Shown here in pieces: positions 36,105 to 51,745 of a stretch of DNA of 64,000 nt (positions are counted from its first letter, which is position 1; every line of letters begins with the position of its first letter). The notes under the pieces are model-generated. The model was not told the DNA's origin and searched no databases. It worked only from the letters and a program-made list of their open reading frames with translations. The DNA is from the human T2T-CHM13v2.0 reference genome, Homo sapiens. The position numbers and the translations under genes were made by a program. The stretch lies in the NCBI RefSeq assembly GCF_009914755.1, contig NC_060927.1, one strand, 5' to 3'.

Positions 36105-38520
36105 TTAAAAAATTGATACATAATATTTGTACATACTTATGGGGTACATGTGATATTTTGTTACATTCCTAGAGTGTATAACAAACCAGTCAGGGTGTTT
36201 AGGGTATCCATCACCTCAAGTATTTATCATTTCTATGTGTTGGGGGCATTTCAAGTCCTCTCCTCTAGCTATTTTAAAATATATAGTACATTGTTATGAA
36301 CTATATTTATAATACTCTGCTGTTGAACATTAGAACTTATTCCTTCAATCTAACTGTAGTTTGTACCCATTAACCAACCTCTCTTTATCCTTCCCCTTTC
36401 ATTCCCACAACTTTCCAGTCTCGAGAATCTATCATTCTTTTCTTTATCTCCGTAAGATAAACTTTTCTAGCCCCTACGTATGAGTGAGAACTCATATCTC
36501 TCTGTGCCTGACATATTTTACTTAACATAATGGCTTCCAGTTCCATCCATGTTGCTGCGAATGACATGATGTCATTCTTTCTTATGGTCAAATAGTATTC
36601 CACCGTATATATACACCGCACTTTCTTTATCCATTCATCCATGGATGGACATTTAGGCTGATTCCATATCTTTGCTGTTGTGAATAGTGCTGCAATAAAC
36701 ATGTGGATGTAGGTATCCCTTTGATATACGGATTTCCTTTCCTTTGGATGAATACCCGGTGGGATTGCTGGATCATATGGTAGTTCTATTTTTAATTTTT
36801 CGAGAAATCTCCATACGGTTTTCCGTGGTGGGTTCTAATTTTCAGTCCCATCAACAGTGTATAAGACTACTCTTTTCTCTACATCCTTGTCAGCATCTGT
36901 TATTTTTGGTCTTTTAGTAATAGCCATTCTAATTAGGGTAAGATGATATCTCATTGTGATTTTGATTTGCATTTCTCTGATGATTAGTGATGGTGAGCAT
37001 TTTTTCATATATCTGTTGGCCATTTGTATATCTTCTTTTGAGAAATGTCTATTCATGCCCTTTGCCCACTTTTTAATAGAGTTATTTGTTTTGTTTTGCT
37101 TTTTCTTATTGGGTTGTTTGAGTTCCTTGTATATCCTGCATATTAGTCCTTTGTCAGATAGATAGTTTGCAACTACTTTCTTTCATTCAACAGGTTGTGT
37201 CTTCACTCTTAATAATTTCCTTTGCTGTGCAGGAACTTTTTAGTTTAATATAGTCCTATTTGTCTATTTTTGTTTCTCTTGCCTATGATTTAGAGGTCTT
37301 AGTCATAAACTTTTTGCCTAGACCAATGCTCAGGGGAGTTTTCCCTAGGTTTTCTTCTAGTATCCATATAGTTTTGGGTCTTAAGTTTAAGTCTTTAATC
37401 CATTTTGAGTTGATTTTTGTAAACAGTGAGAGAAATGATTCCAGTTTTATTTTTCTGCATGTTGCTATGCAATTTTCCTAGTCATTTATTGAAGAGGATG
37501 TCCTTTCCCCAATGTAAGTCCTTGTCAGCTTTTTTGAAGATCAGTTAGCTGTAAATATATGGGTTTATTTCTGGGTTCTCTATTCTGTTCCATTGGTCTT
37601 TGTGTCTATTTTTATACCAATACCATGCTGTTTGGACTGCTACAGACTTGTAATATATCTTGAACTCAGGTAATGCAATGCTTATAACTTTGTTCTTTTT
37701 GCTCAGGATTGCTTTGACTATTCCGGCTCTTTTTTGGTTCCATATGAATTTTAGGATTTTTTTTCTTTTTCCATGAAAAATTACATTGGTATTTTGACAG
37801 GGATTGCCTTGAATCTGTAGATTGCTTTGGGTTGTATGATCATTATTGATAGTAAGTCTTCCAATCCATGAGCACAAAATGTTTTTCCATTTGTTTGTAT
37901 CCTCTTCAATTTATTTTATCAGTGTTTTGTAGTTTTTGTTATTTTTCTTTTTTTGTTGTTTTTGTTTTGTAGAGGTCTGCCACTTCCTTGGTTAAATTTA
38001 TTCCTAGGCATTTTATTTTTTAATAGCTATTGTAAATGTATTGCCTTCTTGATTTCTTTTTCAGCTAATTATTGTTGTGTAGAAATGCTATTGATTTTTT
38101 TCATATTTATTTGTGTCCTGCAACCTTAATAAATTCATTTATCAAATCTAAGAGTTTCTTCGTGGAGTCTTTTGGTTTTTCTACATATAAGTTCATGTCA
38201 TCTGCAAAGAGGGACATTTTGGCTTCTTCTTTTCCAGATTGGTTGCCTTTTATTTCTCTCTCTTGCCTGACTTCTCTGGCTAGGACTTCCAGTACTAGGT
38301 TAAATAAGAGTGGTGAAAGTGGGCATTCTTGTTTTGTTCCAGTTCTTTGAAGAAATGCTTTCATCTTTTCCCCATTTTATGTGATGTTACCTGTGAGTTT
38401 GTCATTTATGGCCTTTATTATGTTGAGGTATGTCACTTCTGCACCTAGCCTGTTGAGAGTTTTTGTCATAAGACAGTGTTGCATTTCATAAAATGCTTTT
38501 TATGTGTCTATTGAGAATCA
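36105..38520 (-). mobile_element. L1MA-type 5'-truncated LINE-1 (ORF2 RT to 3' UTR)
   Basis: Minus-strand ORFs 38107-38364 (SLFADDM), 37545-37877, 36835-37056 and 36385-36702 are ORF2 pieces; L1MA 3' UTR. Confidence 0.92.
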
Positions 38521-38724
38521 TCAGAAATTTTTTTCTTCATTATATTGATTTCTTAAATCAAGTTTTGAGAATCTCGTTTCCTAGTTTGCTGAGAGTTTTT
38601 AAATCATGAATAGGTTGAATTTTATCAAATGCTTTTTCTGCATCAATTGATATGATTCCATAATTTTTATTCCTTAATTTGTTGATGAGTGGACTAAGAT
38701 GGTTTTGTTTTATTTTATTTCATG

Positions 38725-39028
38725 TATTTTATTTTTATTTATATATTTATTTATTTTTGATACAGAGTCTTATTCTGTTGCCCAGGCTGAAGTACAATGG
38801 CGTGATCTTGGCTCATTGCAACCTCCATCTCACAGGTTCAAGTGATTCTGCTGCCTCGGCCTCCTGAGTAGCAGGGATTACAGGCGCCTGGCTCATTTTT
38901 GTATTATTAGTAGAGACGGGGTTTCACCATGCTGGCCAGGCTGGTCTCAAACTCCTGACCGCAGATGATCCACCTGCCTTGGCCTCCCAAGGTGCTGGGA
39001 TTACAGGTATGAGCCACCATGCCCACAC
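38725..39028 (-). mobile_element. AluSx-like, with a small internal deletion
   Basis: Reverse Alu; caggcgcctggctc lacks the usual caccaccacgcc segment. Confidence 0.95.
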
Positions 39029-39214
39029 TATTTTTTAATGTTGAGTTTTGACAGCTCTTTACATATTCTAGATGCTGGTACTTTTTGCATACGTGTTCCA
39101 GAAATATTTTCTCTCATCCTATATCTTTTCTTTCTAGTTCCTCATCAGGGTCTTGTAGAAATCAAAAGTTTTAAATTTTCATGAACTTAAATTTATCTAC
39201 TTCAACTTATGTGT

Positions 39215-41566
<2,352 letters not shown>

Positions 41567-43419
41567 CCCTCAATTTTTTGTTTTTATATTCTACTTCTAT
41601 TCTTGACTCAATTCATTCACATCGCATTTTATCTCCTTATTTCTCTGTGTCTCCCCTAAATTATTGCATTTATGCTTTGTATAATGTTCTTGCATTTCCC
41701 GTGTGGTCTTAGAGGTGATAGCTTCATCACGTTTTTCAAACGCTCAATAGTGTTTATGGTTGTAATTTTTTTCTGCTTCATGGCAACATTTTATGATGTG
41801 TGTTTTTCATCTGTTGAACAGTTTTTTGTTGTTTTTTTTTTTTTGCCACAAGTGTTGGTGTCATATCTTTATATCGATGCTGTTCTAGACCCTCTTTTAT
41901 TACTTATCATGAGTGAGTTGGCTATTTGCAGATTTGTGATGGTGTGGGAGTTGGGAGGGGGTAAGGGCCAGGGCAGTTCTCCAGGTTCATGACCTGAAAG
42001 CTCTCTCCTCTGCTACCACAGGGACAGATATGCAAATATGTCATTCCTACAAATATGGCATATCAACAGGATTATTTGCATATGCCAACTTCATCTGCTT
42101 CTTTGAGACACACCAGGTTTAAGAGTGTTTCTATTCCAGTCCTGTCTACTTTATTTTCTGCCCCTTATTGCTCATAGATGGTATAATTTTTTCATCGCAG
42201 AGTGAGGCTCTCACCTTCAGGAACTGTATTTTTGCTGACTCTCTCCGGTATTCACTGTTTTGGGCCCTCTCAACAATTTCATGTTTTTATTCTTTTCATA
42301 TCTTCCCAATCTAAACTGTTTTGGGTAGTTCATATACATGTCTCTGGGTTACATTTATATCTTAGCTTCATTGTAAATGGAGTTTGCAGACATTTTTAAA
42401 AATGTCTGTCTTCTTGTTGCTGTCGTATGATTTCTAAGAGGAGGTGAAAAAATGCTAACATAGGGAGACGTTTTCATATGGAGGTTTTAACCTGCATTTA
42501 TTGAATGCCTAGTGTTCCAATCTTTCATTTTCATACTTCAGAAGAATCAAAAGAAGATACATATTGTAAGATGAGACAATAAGGAACAAGTTGATAGGGT
42601 TTATTCAGGAGTAACAATTTTCAATTGGCTATTTAGCCTTCATCAAAATACGTTCTAGAGAATTCACGGAAAATTTCCTTTGAGTTAACTAAGCGTTGTC
42701 TCCAGTTCGTCCTTCAACTAGTTGGTGATTTTGGGTAAAGTGTTTTCAAAATTTCCACTTGAGACATTTATGATATGCTGGAATGAAGTTATAAATGCCA
42801 TATACACTAATTGCTATTACTTCCCATGAACTCTAACATAATGCTTATGTTGTAAGGCAGAACTGGTATGCTTATTTTAGAGTTTGTTTTATAAGGAAAG
42901 AATCATTGTACACATACATTGGTGCTATGTAATTTGATTGAATCCATCAGACACCTTGTCATAGAATGTTTTTTTATAGGTCCTTCTGTGACAAAATGGG
43001 ACTTTGGCACAGAGCAAGAGGTGTCACTTATTTTTCACTATTGATTCTAGGATTTCAACTTCACGACCTCTTTCAGTAGGCAAAATAGGAGCATTTACAT
43101 ACTTTTCTCATCCAGAGCCAGGCTCTGAGTTCAGCCCACTATTAAAGATTTGAAAGGTATAGAAAATTATAGATGGCAAATAAAGACCACCTACAAATTT
43201 AGCACCCAGAAATGTCATATTGTTAATTTTTTAAAATATTTCCTTTTGGTCTTTTTCTGTACATTTTAACTTAACTGGCATCATGCTGCCCATATCATTT
43301 TATTTCTTTGTTTTGTTTGGTTTAATATTAAATATTTTTGAATGTCATTAAAAATCCTCACAAATATCATTCTAATAACTGCAGAAATATTCTTATTCAA
43401 ACCCACTGAAGTATATAAA

Positions 43420-45340
43420 CCTAGATTACAATAAAGCAAAGGCATACCATTCTTGAATAGTAATTTAAGATATCTTATAAAAATGCCCATCACTCAAAAC
43501 AATAGAAATAAACTGTAATCTCAATTAGAAGTATAAAAGTTCTTTAAAAGTTGTTTGGAAAGAGTGAAATTTAAAAGGCGAAATAATCTGAATGTCCATG
43601 TGGAAGAATAAGTGTCCAAAATATCTAAAAACTGTATGAAACAGAGAAATCATGGGAGATAGTTAATTTCTAGAAATTAAGATCGGCTATAATTTAGCCT
43701 GATGCTGGAAATAATAAGGTATTAACATAGAAAGAGACACATATTTGTGTGGAAAGAAATGTAACTGTGTATACTTAGAAAATTAAGATGTAATGAAGAT
43801 GGTACTTTAATTAGTAGAGGAAGAGTGATTTATTCATGAAATGTGCTTTCACAACTGGCTGTCCATCTGGATAAACAGCAATTTTGGACACCCCACTCCA
43901 CAAGATAAATAGAAATAAATTCCAGATGGGTAAAAGATTAAATTTTTTTAATCTAAATAAAACCTGATAAGAGAATTTAGAAGAATGTTTTTATAACTTC
44001 CATGTAAAGGAGAGTAATTTAAGCAATTCAGAAACTCAGAGCCATAAAAGAAAAGAGAAATCTAAATTCATAAAGATATTATTTTTGTGGTGAAGTATAC
44101 CAAAAACGAAGTCACATGACAAACGATAGGCTGCAAGAGAAAGTTACAACACATATGGCAGAAAAGGAATACTAGCTATAATATTAAAAAATACCTACAA
44201 TTAGGTGAGCAAAAGGCAAGTGTGCCAATAGAAAAATGTTCAAAGAATATGAATAGGCAATTGACAGGAGAGGAAATTCAAAAGGCTAATAAACACATGA
44301 AGGAATTCTTTATTTCATTAATATCAATGTGATACTCCTTTTTTCCCATCAGACTGACAAAAATTTAATAAGTACTGGTGGAGTACATGAAGGAGAATAC
44401 GCTCATACATTGATGGTGGGATTGTTTATTGGTATACACGTTAAAAAGGTAATATGGAAATATGTATTTCAAATGAAAAAGTACATCCCTTCTTTCCCAG
44501 CAATTCCCCTTCAGAGAATCTTTTCTATCAAAGTAAAAGCACTAGTATTTAGTTATATATAATTTATATATAATTTAGTTATATATATAAGTGTTTATTT
44601 TAACATAGAATAGCACAAAACTGCAATCACTCTGAATGCTAATAAATAGGAATACAGTTAAATAATGTCTCACCCATATTAGGAAATATCACACCACTAA
44701 TAAAAAAGAGTGATTTCAGGTTTTATGAGGTGACCCATAACAATGTCTATGATGTGTAATGTTGAGTGGGAAAAGCTAGCTGTAGAGAAATGTCTATAGA
44801 ATGATTGTACTTATATAAAAATAAGCAATGATAAAAATGTCCTCTGCATGGGAATTTACACTTATCAATTATAGGAAGAAGGATGAGGAAGGGTAAAAAC
44901 CTGTGGGTAAATAGGCTTATTTTAGTGAGATGAACATGAGGTAATAAATACCAGAAAGGTAGCAAAATGGAAATATTTTGATGGTATAATGTTTTGTTAT
45001 ATATAAACTATAGAATTCTATTTTATTATAACAGTACAGTTGTATATACTTGCAGAACCATTGAAGGGTTCTTGATATAAATGAAAACATAAATGGGCAA
45101 TATCTATCAAAATTACTTATGCATTTACCTTTAATCTGGCCATCTCTTTTGTAAGAATCTACCCCAAAACACATTGGTACAAGTATGAAATGACATACAC
45201 ATAAGATTATTTATTGTGACATCATATGCAATGACAAAAATAGTAAATAACCCACTTGTAGATTCTTATAATGAACAGTGAAGAGAAATGAAGGAATGAT
45301 ATATACATAAACGCAGAGTGTTCTGTAGGATATTCCATTA
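43420..45340 (+). mobile_element. Ancient L1ME-type ORF2 3' part and 3' UTR
   Basis: aaataaattccagatgggtaaaagattaaa; caaagaatatgaataggcaatt; cccagcaattccccttcagagaat. Confidence 0.7.
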
Positions 45341-45361
45341 AGTGAATGTTGTGTTCTTTAG

Positions 45362-45791
<430 letters not shown>

Positions 45792-45794
45792 TGT

Positions 45795-46180
45795 TTGGGG
45801 AGAAGACTCTGAAATGGAGTTTAGTGTGCAGAATGTTGAAAAGCAGCGCTCCTGGGATCAACACCTGTGAAGGCAGGAAAAGGAAGCAGGATTGGGCAGA
45901 GGGAGAATTGCACTGCGATGAAAGCCTGAGCAACAACTTTACATGACCCATGAGGACTTCTGGAGCTACATTTGCTTATCAGAGGGTCCTCTACTGGGCT
46001 GAAATGACTGGGCTTTGATAGCTTCCCTCTTCACTGCTCAATCAGTCATTGGATATGGTCAAGACAACTCTCTGTGGCTGAAATGCCCTTGAAGGGGCAG
46101 ACAGCTGAAGACCATCTGCTTATAGCTTTCCCAGCAGCTTAGCAAAAAATTCCTTTACTGAAGACGAGTCTGGGCGACTA
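45795..46180 (-). mobile_element. LTR16A-like ERVL solo LTR
   Basis: agactctgaaatggag...gggatcaacacctgtg...aaggaagcaggattgggcagagggagaa...ctgcgatg. Confidence 0.78.
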
Positions 46181-46194
46181 ATTTCCTTGTCCTT

Positions 46195-48570
46195 TATAGA
46201 GAAAAAAAGCAAAGTGCAAAAAAAAAGAAAGCGTGTAATGCATGCTACCTTTGATTTTCAAGGTGTAAAATATAGTGTATGGTATTTGTTGCCTATGTTT
46301 ATAAAAATAAACGCTAAGAATATATTAAAGTTAATACAAATGATTAATAATGTTAAAAAAGGGAATAAGGCAATGGAAGTAAAACATCTATCAGTGTACT
46401 TTGTTAAATACTTTTGATTTGGGGTGTAATTTTTTCATATTAATAAAAGAAAAAGTTAAAGCCAAAATGAAAAATGAAGCCCTAAAAAGTTAAATGAAAA
46501 TAAATACATTTATATAAAGTGCTGGTGGCAAAACAATTCAAAGAAAAAAAATTACATCAAGTCATTCTAGAGCAGTGTTTTCACTGCATAACCTTAAGCT
46601 GGATTTATCCTCAGGTCAAAAATTTAAGAACCACAAAATATTTTAAGTTTTGTTCTTACTGATATTATTGTTTTGAGATTAAAGTATGTTTATGTAGGAT
46701 AAAAAATATTTTTCTAATATTGTTAAACACCTGAATTTTCAGCAGAAGAAAAAAGAGATACGAGTACAAAATCAAAGAATCTGAGTAAAAATCCTGTAAC
46801 ATACTATTTGAATTGGAAATATCAAAATGACTCATTTTTTAAAAATAAAAAGTCATTATTTTCTAGTTTTGTGCACTAAAAAGCCCCAGAAACAATGACA
46901 AAATAGTTGTCATGTGTGCTAAGTGTTCAGAATGTGGTCTCTAAATACCATTATTTTCTTTTTTTTCTTTTTTTATTTTTTAATTATACTTTAAGTTTTA
47001 GGGTACATGTGCACAACGTGCAGGTTAGTTACATATGTATACGTGTGCCATGTTGGTGTGCTGCACCTATTAACTCGTCATTTAACATTAGGTATATCTC
47101 CTAATGCTATCCCTCCCCTCTCCCCCCTACCCCACAACAGGCCCCAGTGTGTGATGTTCCCCTTCCTTTGTCCAAGTGTTCTCATTGTTCAATTCCCACC
47201 TATGAGTGAGAGTATGCGGTGTTTGGTTTTTTGTCCTTGCGATAGTTTGCTGAGAATGATGGTTTCCAGCTTCATCCATGCCCATACAAAGGACATGAAC
47301 TCATCCTTTTTTATGGCTGCATAGTATTCCATGGTGTATATGTGCCACATTTTCTTAATCCAGTCTATCATTGATGGACATTTGGGTTGGTTCCAAGTCT
47401 TTGCTATTGTGAATTGTGCTGCAATAAACATACGTGTCCATGTGTCTTTATAGCAGCATGATTTATAATCCTTTGGGTATATACCCAGTAATGAGACTGC
47501 TGTGTCAAATGAATACCATTATTTTCTGACAGCATCTTGGAGAATTTGTTGTATGGTAGAGCAGTGCAGTTCTCATAGCCCAATGTAGTTGTGTTAAAAA
47601 GATGTAGAAACCAATTCCTCACTCTGAATGTTGGGAAGTAAAGCATATTTCCTGCCTTTCCCCTGTGAGCTGTATTTCAGGGTAACCAAATAAAGCCTAG
47701 TTGATGAGGGAAAGTTCTTAAAGAAGAATTCCAGCTAATAAATGTGGAATGAGTGACAGAAAAATTGCCATTTTGCAATCTTAATGAACTGATTCCAGGC
47801 AATGGTTATCAACAGATTCCAAAACGATGGGGTGAAAGACAAATGGACAACTGCATATTTGCAGGTTGCCAAAGAACTGTAGATAGATTTAAGGGCCAAT
47901 TTGTAACTTTACAAGAGAGATATTAGATTGTTGCTTCATGAACCTTCATGTGCCCACTGATAAACTGTCATATTAATAAATGAGACAACCAGATTTTATG
48001 TGCTTCCTGATGTGAGACACTACAGAGTACATGTTGCACATGAACCAAGCTAAACCTGAGTCAAACCAAGTAGCTGGGTGTAATGAACAGATTGCAGGAA
48101 GTAAGGGGAGAAAAAAAAACAAGTTAAATGGCACTACCAGGAAGAAAACAGACAAATCCAGAATGAGGACATTCTAAGAGAAATTGGAGGGAACAGACCC
48201 AGTTTCTTCAAGCCAATAGCTTTTGGGGAGAAAAGAACAGACAGGAAAAAAAGGAGATTTAAAAGACATCAACAGCTAAATCAATTTGTTTATATTGTTT
48301 GGGTCTTAAATCACATGAATCCACTATAAAAGGACTTTTCAATGGTCATTTGGGGAAATATGATCATGGACCATATTAAATGATGTCTAGGAACTATTGC
48401 TAATCTTGTTAGGTGTAATACTCATATTGTGATTATGTGGGAAAATGTCTTCACTTTTTGGGAATACATAGTGAATATTTAGAAATAAAATAGCGTGGTG
48501 TTTAAGATTTGTCTTTTTAAAAGTGGTACATGAAATACATATGGAAGATGTAGACAATCTTCATTCTCAG
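46195..48570 (+). mobile_element. Old L1MC/ME-type 3' UTR, interrupted by L1PA4
   Basis: gtcaaaccaag...gacaaatccagaatgaggacattcta; atattaaatgatgtctaggaactattgctaat; collinear across the L1PA insertion. Confidence 0.6.
46960..47511 (-). mobile_element. L1PA4-like 5'-truncated 3' end
   Basis: ttatactttaagttttagggtacatgtgcacaacgtgcagg...; exact 16-bp TSD aataccattattttct at 46944-46959 and 47512-47527. Confidence 0.97.
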
Positions 48571-48816
48571 TAATAGGTATATAAAGGTTCAGTTTCTTAT
48601 TTAAGCACTTTAGTATGTGTCTGCAGAACTTATATAATAAAAAAGAAAATTTATCTGAGATTTGATTTGAATACATATATTTCTTCTCTCTTTCTCTTTG
48701 GCGTGTCGTCTCTTAATTCTTAACAGTATCTTTTGAGATGCTCTTTAATAATTCCACCCAAACATATATCCCCTTCCTAACTCAAGAAACTGATCTCTTA
48801 AGCACTCAGGTTACAT

Positions 48817-48920
48817 CAGTGGTTCTCAAATGGGAGCAATTTTGCCTCTTAGGGGATATTTTGCAATATCTGGAGATATTTCTGGTTGCCACAGCTGGCA
48901 GCTGCTACTGGCATTTAGTA
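48817..48920 (+). mobile_element. MER20 hAT-Charlie fragment
   Basis: cagtggttctcaaa...aattttgcc...gcaatatctggagatatttctggttgccaca...tgctactggcatttagt. Confidence 0.8.
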
Positions 48921-51249
48921 AATGTTGAATTAATAAATAAACGTATGAATGAATGAAAACCAGAATAATTTGTCCCAATGAACCAGGAAAACTTTAATGG
49001 ATCATGGCTCTCCCTGGATGGCTCTTTCAAAATGTTTGTATTTTTTTCAAGCAGATAGCAATTCTGTACACTAGTAAGCTGATACTTGTTTAGTAATTTA
49101 GTTTAAAATGAGAGATTGAGAGTGTTGTAAAAATTATAATACAAGTCAAAAGCTGTTTGAAATGCTGGGATTCTTAGCTGTAAAGTTTTATTTAGTTTGT
49201 ATTCTTAATTTGTAGTTGCCAATCTTAACATTTTTCATAACAGGTATTCAAACAGTTCATACACATAGCTCTTGAACTCTATTATATGAATGTTGAAACC
49301 TTTTCCTTTGCAGACTTTGAGAAGGGTTAGTTTAAGGGAAAATTTGAGACAAAGAGTATTCTCAGGTTTGGAAGATAAAGGTTGTTTTGCATATTGGTTT
49401 GTTTTTACTTCTGAGTAAATGAAAATGGTTTCTTCCTGTCTTTTCTTATTCTATTCATCTTCTCTTCCTCTCCCACACTCATGCTCTCATAGGTAACTTC
49501 CCTTCATAACTCCTTCCACTAGGAGATTGGACATGGGGAATCCCAAAGTATAAATCTCTTTATGATTTAAAATAGTTTTTCATCTACTTTTTAGGCATTT
49601 AATGTTTATACTTTGAGAGTCATTAACTTTGTAAAATAATTAATTATATATAAAAAGACATATCACTCCTTCAGTCCCTAGCAGGGCTAGTATACATTTG
49701 TTACATTTGTTGACCTTTCTACTTGGTTAAAAGTGTAGGTATATTTTTACAATTGTTTTCCCTTAAAATAAAAATAAAAAAAAAAAACAACCTTATGGTC
49801 CTCCTTTTAGCTAACAGGTAAAAGCAAAAAGTCATATTAGAAAATAGCTTTCATTTTCGTAAATGCTATAATTAGTCATTTGAAGACTAAAACTATGGCC
49901 ATGACCGCTCATGTTCTTTGAGGTTTCCACGCCCACTTTCCGTATGAATTGGGGTTTTAAGTCCCGGTGTCAGTGCCAATCTTAACTTAGAAATTACATT
50001 CTTACCACTCAGAAATTCCTCCTGGAGTTTCAACAGGAGAAATTATTCTTCATTTTCCCTCCCAAAAACTGTTGTGTAATATTGCTGGCAGAGAGAGGAT
50101 GATTGGTGCCACTGCAAAGCTAGCTAGATTTCAGTGGAGGTTGAAGCAGTATCTAAATATAGCATGTAAAAAGCCTTAGGCTAACTGTAGATGAAAAGCA
50201 TTCTAGATATGTAAGGTATTATTGCTACTAACGCATTATTATTTTAACTTTGCTACAAGTTACAACGAGCCTATAACATCTGCCCTACAGTATTGCAGTG
50301 AGGCATGCTTTCTGCTGTGAATTTTTCACCTCTAACAATTTGTTTTTCTTGTATCAGCACTACCTGTCAATTTTTATTAAGCAAAGTAACTTGAGGCATT
50401 TTGAATTTTTTTTACCCTGGATGTCCTTGGTGGGGAGTGAAATGACCAACAAAACCATTGGTTAAGGATGCAATCTTTGAGAGCCACTAAACCCAGGAGC
50501 AGAAAGCAAGGGCTAAAAAAAATTACCCAGGGCAGAAAACAAATTTGGAAAAAATAATCTACACCAGTCACACTGAGTCTCAAACATGATTCAGTTGCTA
50601 CCTGCTGATTTAATCAATCCTTTTCAGTTAAAAAATATAAATTGGAGTGTAATATGCATGATGAAAAATTTTAATAAAACATATAGGGATTTTTTTAATG
50701 GGAAATAAAAATGATCTGAAGGTGACCACTGCACATTTTAAAACCTCCTGAAAAAGAAAATCAAATGATAGGAAGGCATCAAAGCCTGTATGCAGTCCTG
50801 CACATTTATTATAATATAGAACACTTTAGTTCTTACTTCCTTGGAATCAGAGAGGTAAATATAGTCAATCCGATGACTTGAGGCCAGTCTTTAGTTGAGG
50901 TATTTTGATTTTGATCTTCAAGAAGATCAAATAGTTTTGCTCTCCTCCGGACATAAAACTTCTGTGGACATAAGGGGCAAAGAAAAGGGCTTGAGGCAAA
51001 TTATTGTAAATCCATTTCCACTGTCATTGGCAAGTAGAAGCACTTGTACCCCTGAATAGCAGGGGCCCCGCAACATCTATAAACAAAAGACACAATATGC
51101 TCATCAATAGGTCAGATGCAAAGTTCACCTTTCTCTGTCAGAATAAATAACAAGCTTACTAGAAATTACCTTCTCACTGCCATCTAAAAGTGGTAGACTT
51201 CAGATTTTCTGGTAAGAATTCTATAAAATAAGGATTTTTTTCGTCTATC

Positions 51250-51447
51250 CAAGTGTTATCCAATAGAGCTTTCTAGGATGATGGAAATGTTCTATATTTG
51301 TGCTGTCCAGTAAGGTAGTCACTAGCCAGCTGTGGCTATTACCACTTGAGATGTGGTTAATGTGACTGGGAAGCTTTCTAATTTTATTTTATTTCAGTTA
51401 ATTTTAATAGCCACATGTGCCAGTGCTAACATATGGAATAGAATAAT
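51250..51447 (+). mobile_element. MER3 hAT-Charlie element
   Basis: tccaatagagctttctaggatgatggaaatgttctatatttgtgctgtcca...cactagccagctgtggctatt...aatagccacatgtg. Confidence 0.85.
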
Positions 51448-51547
51448 CTAGGCAACAGGGGAATTAATTAAACAAAATGGTAGCCAGCTGAAAGCCAGAA
51501 TGTGTCCATCTTTCTAAGGAATGTCTAGGCCCATGAACTTTGATAGA

Positions 51548-51745
51548 CAAGGTGGTGTAGAAGAAAAAGCACGGTGTTGTAGTTTCAGCATCTGGGTTCC
51601 AATCCTCCTTTTCTCTCCTTCTGTAAAATAATGGTAATAATACTTACCTTGTTAATTTTTTCGTGAAGATTAACAGAGAAAAATGTTCTTATGATAACTA
51701 ACAGTAGGTCCACCATGTAAGAGGTACTCATCAGATATTAATACT
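51548..51745 (+). mobile_element. MIR
   Basis: ctgggttccaatcct...ctgtaaaataatggtaataatacttacct...gtgaagattaa. Confidence 0.6.
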
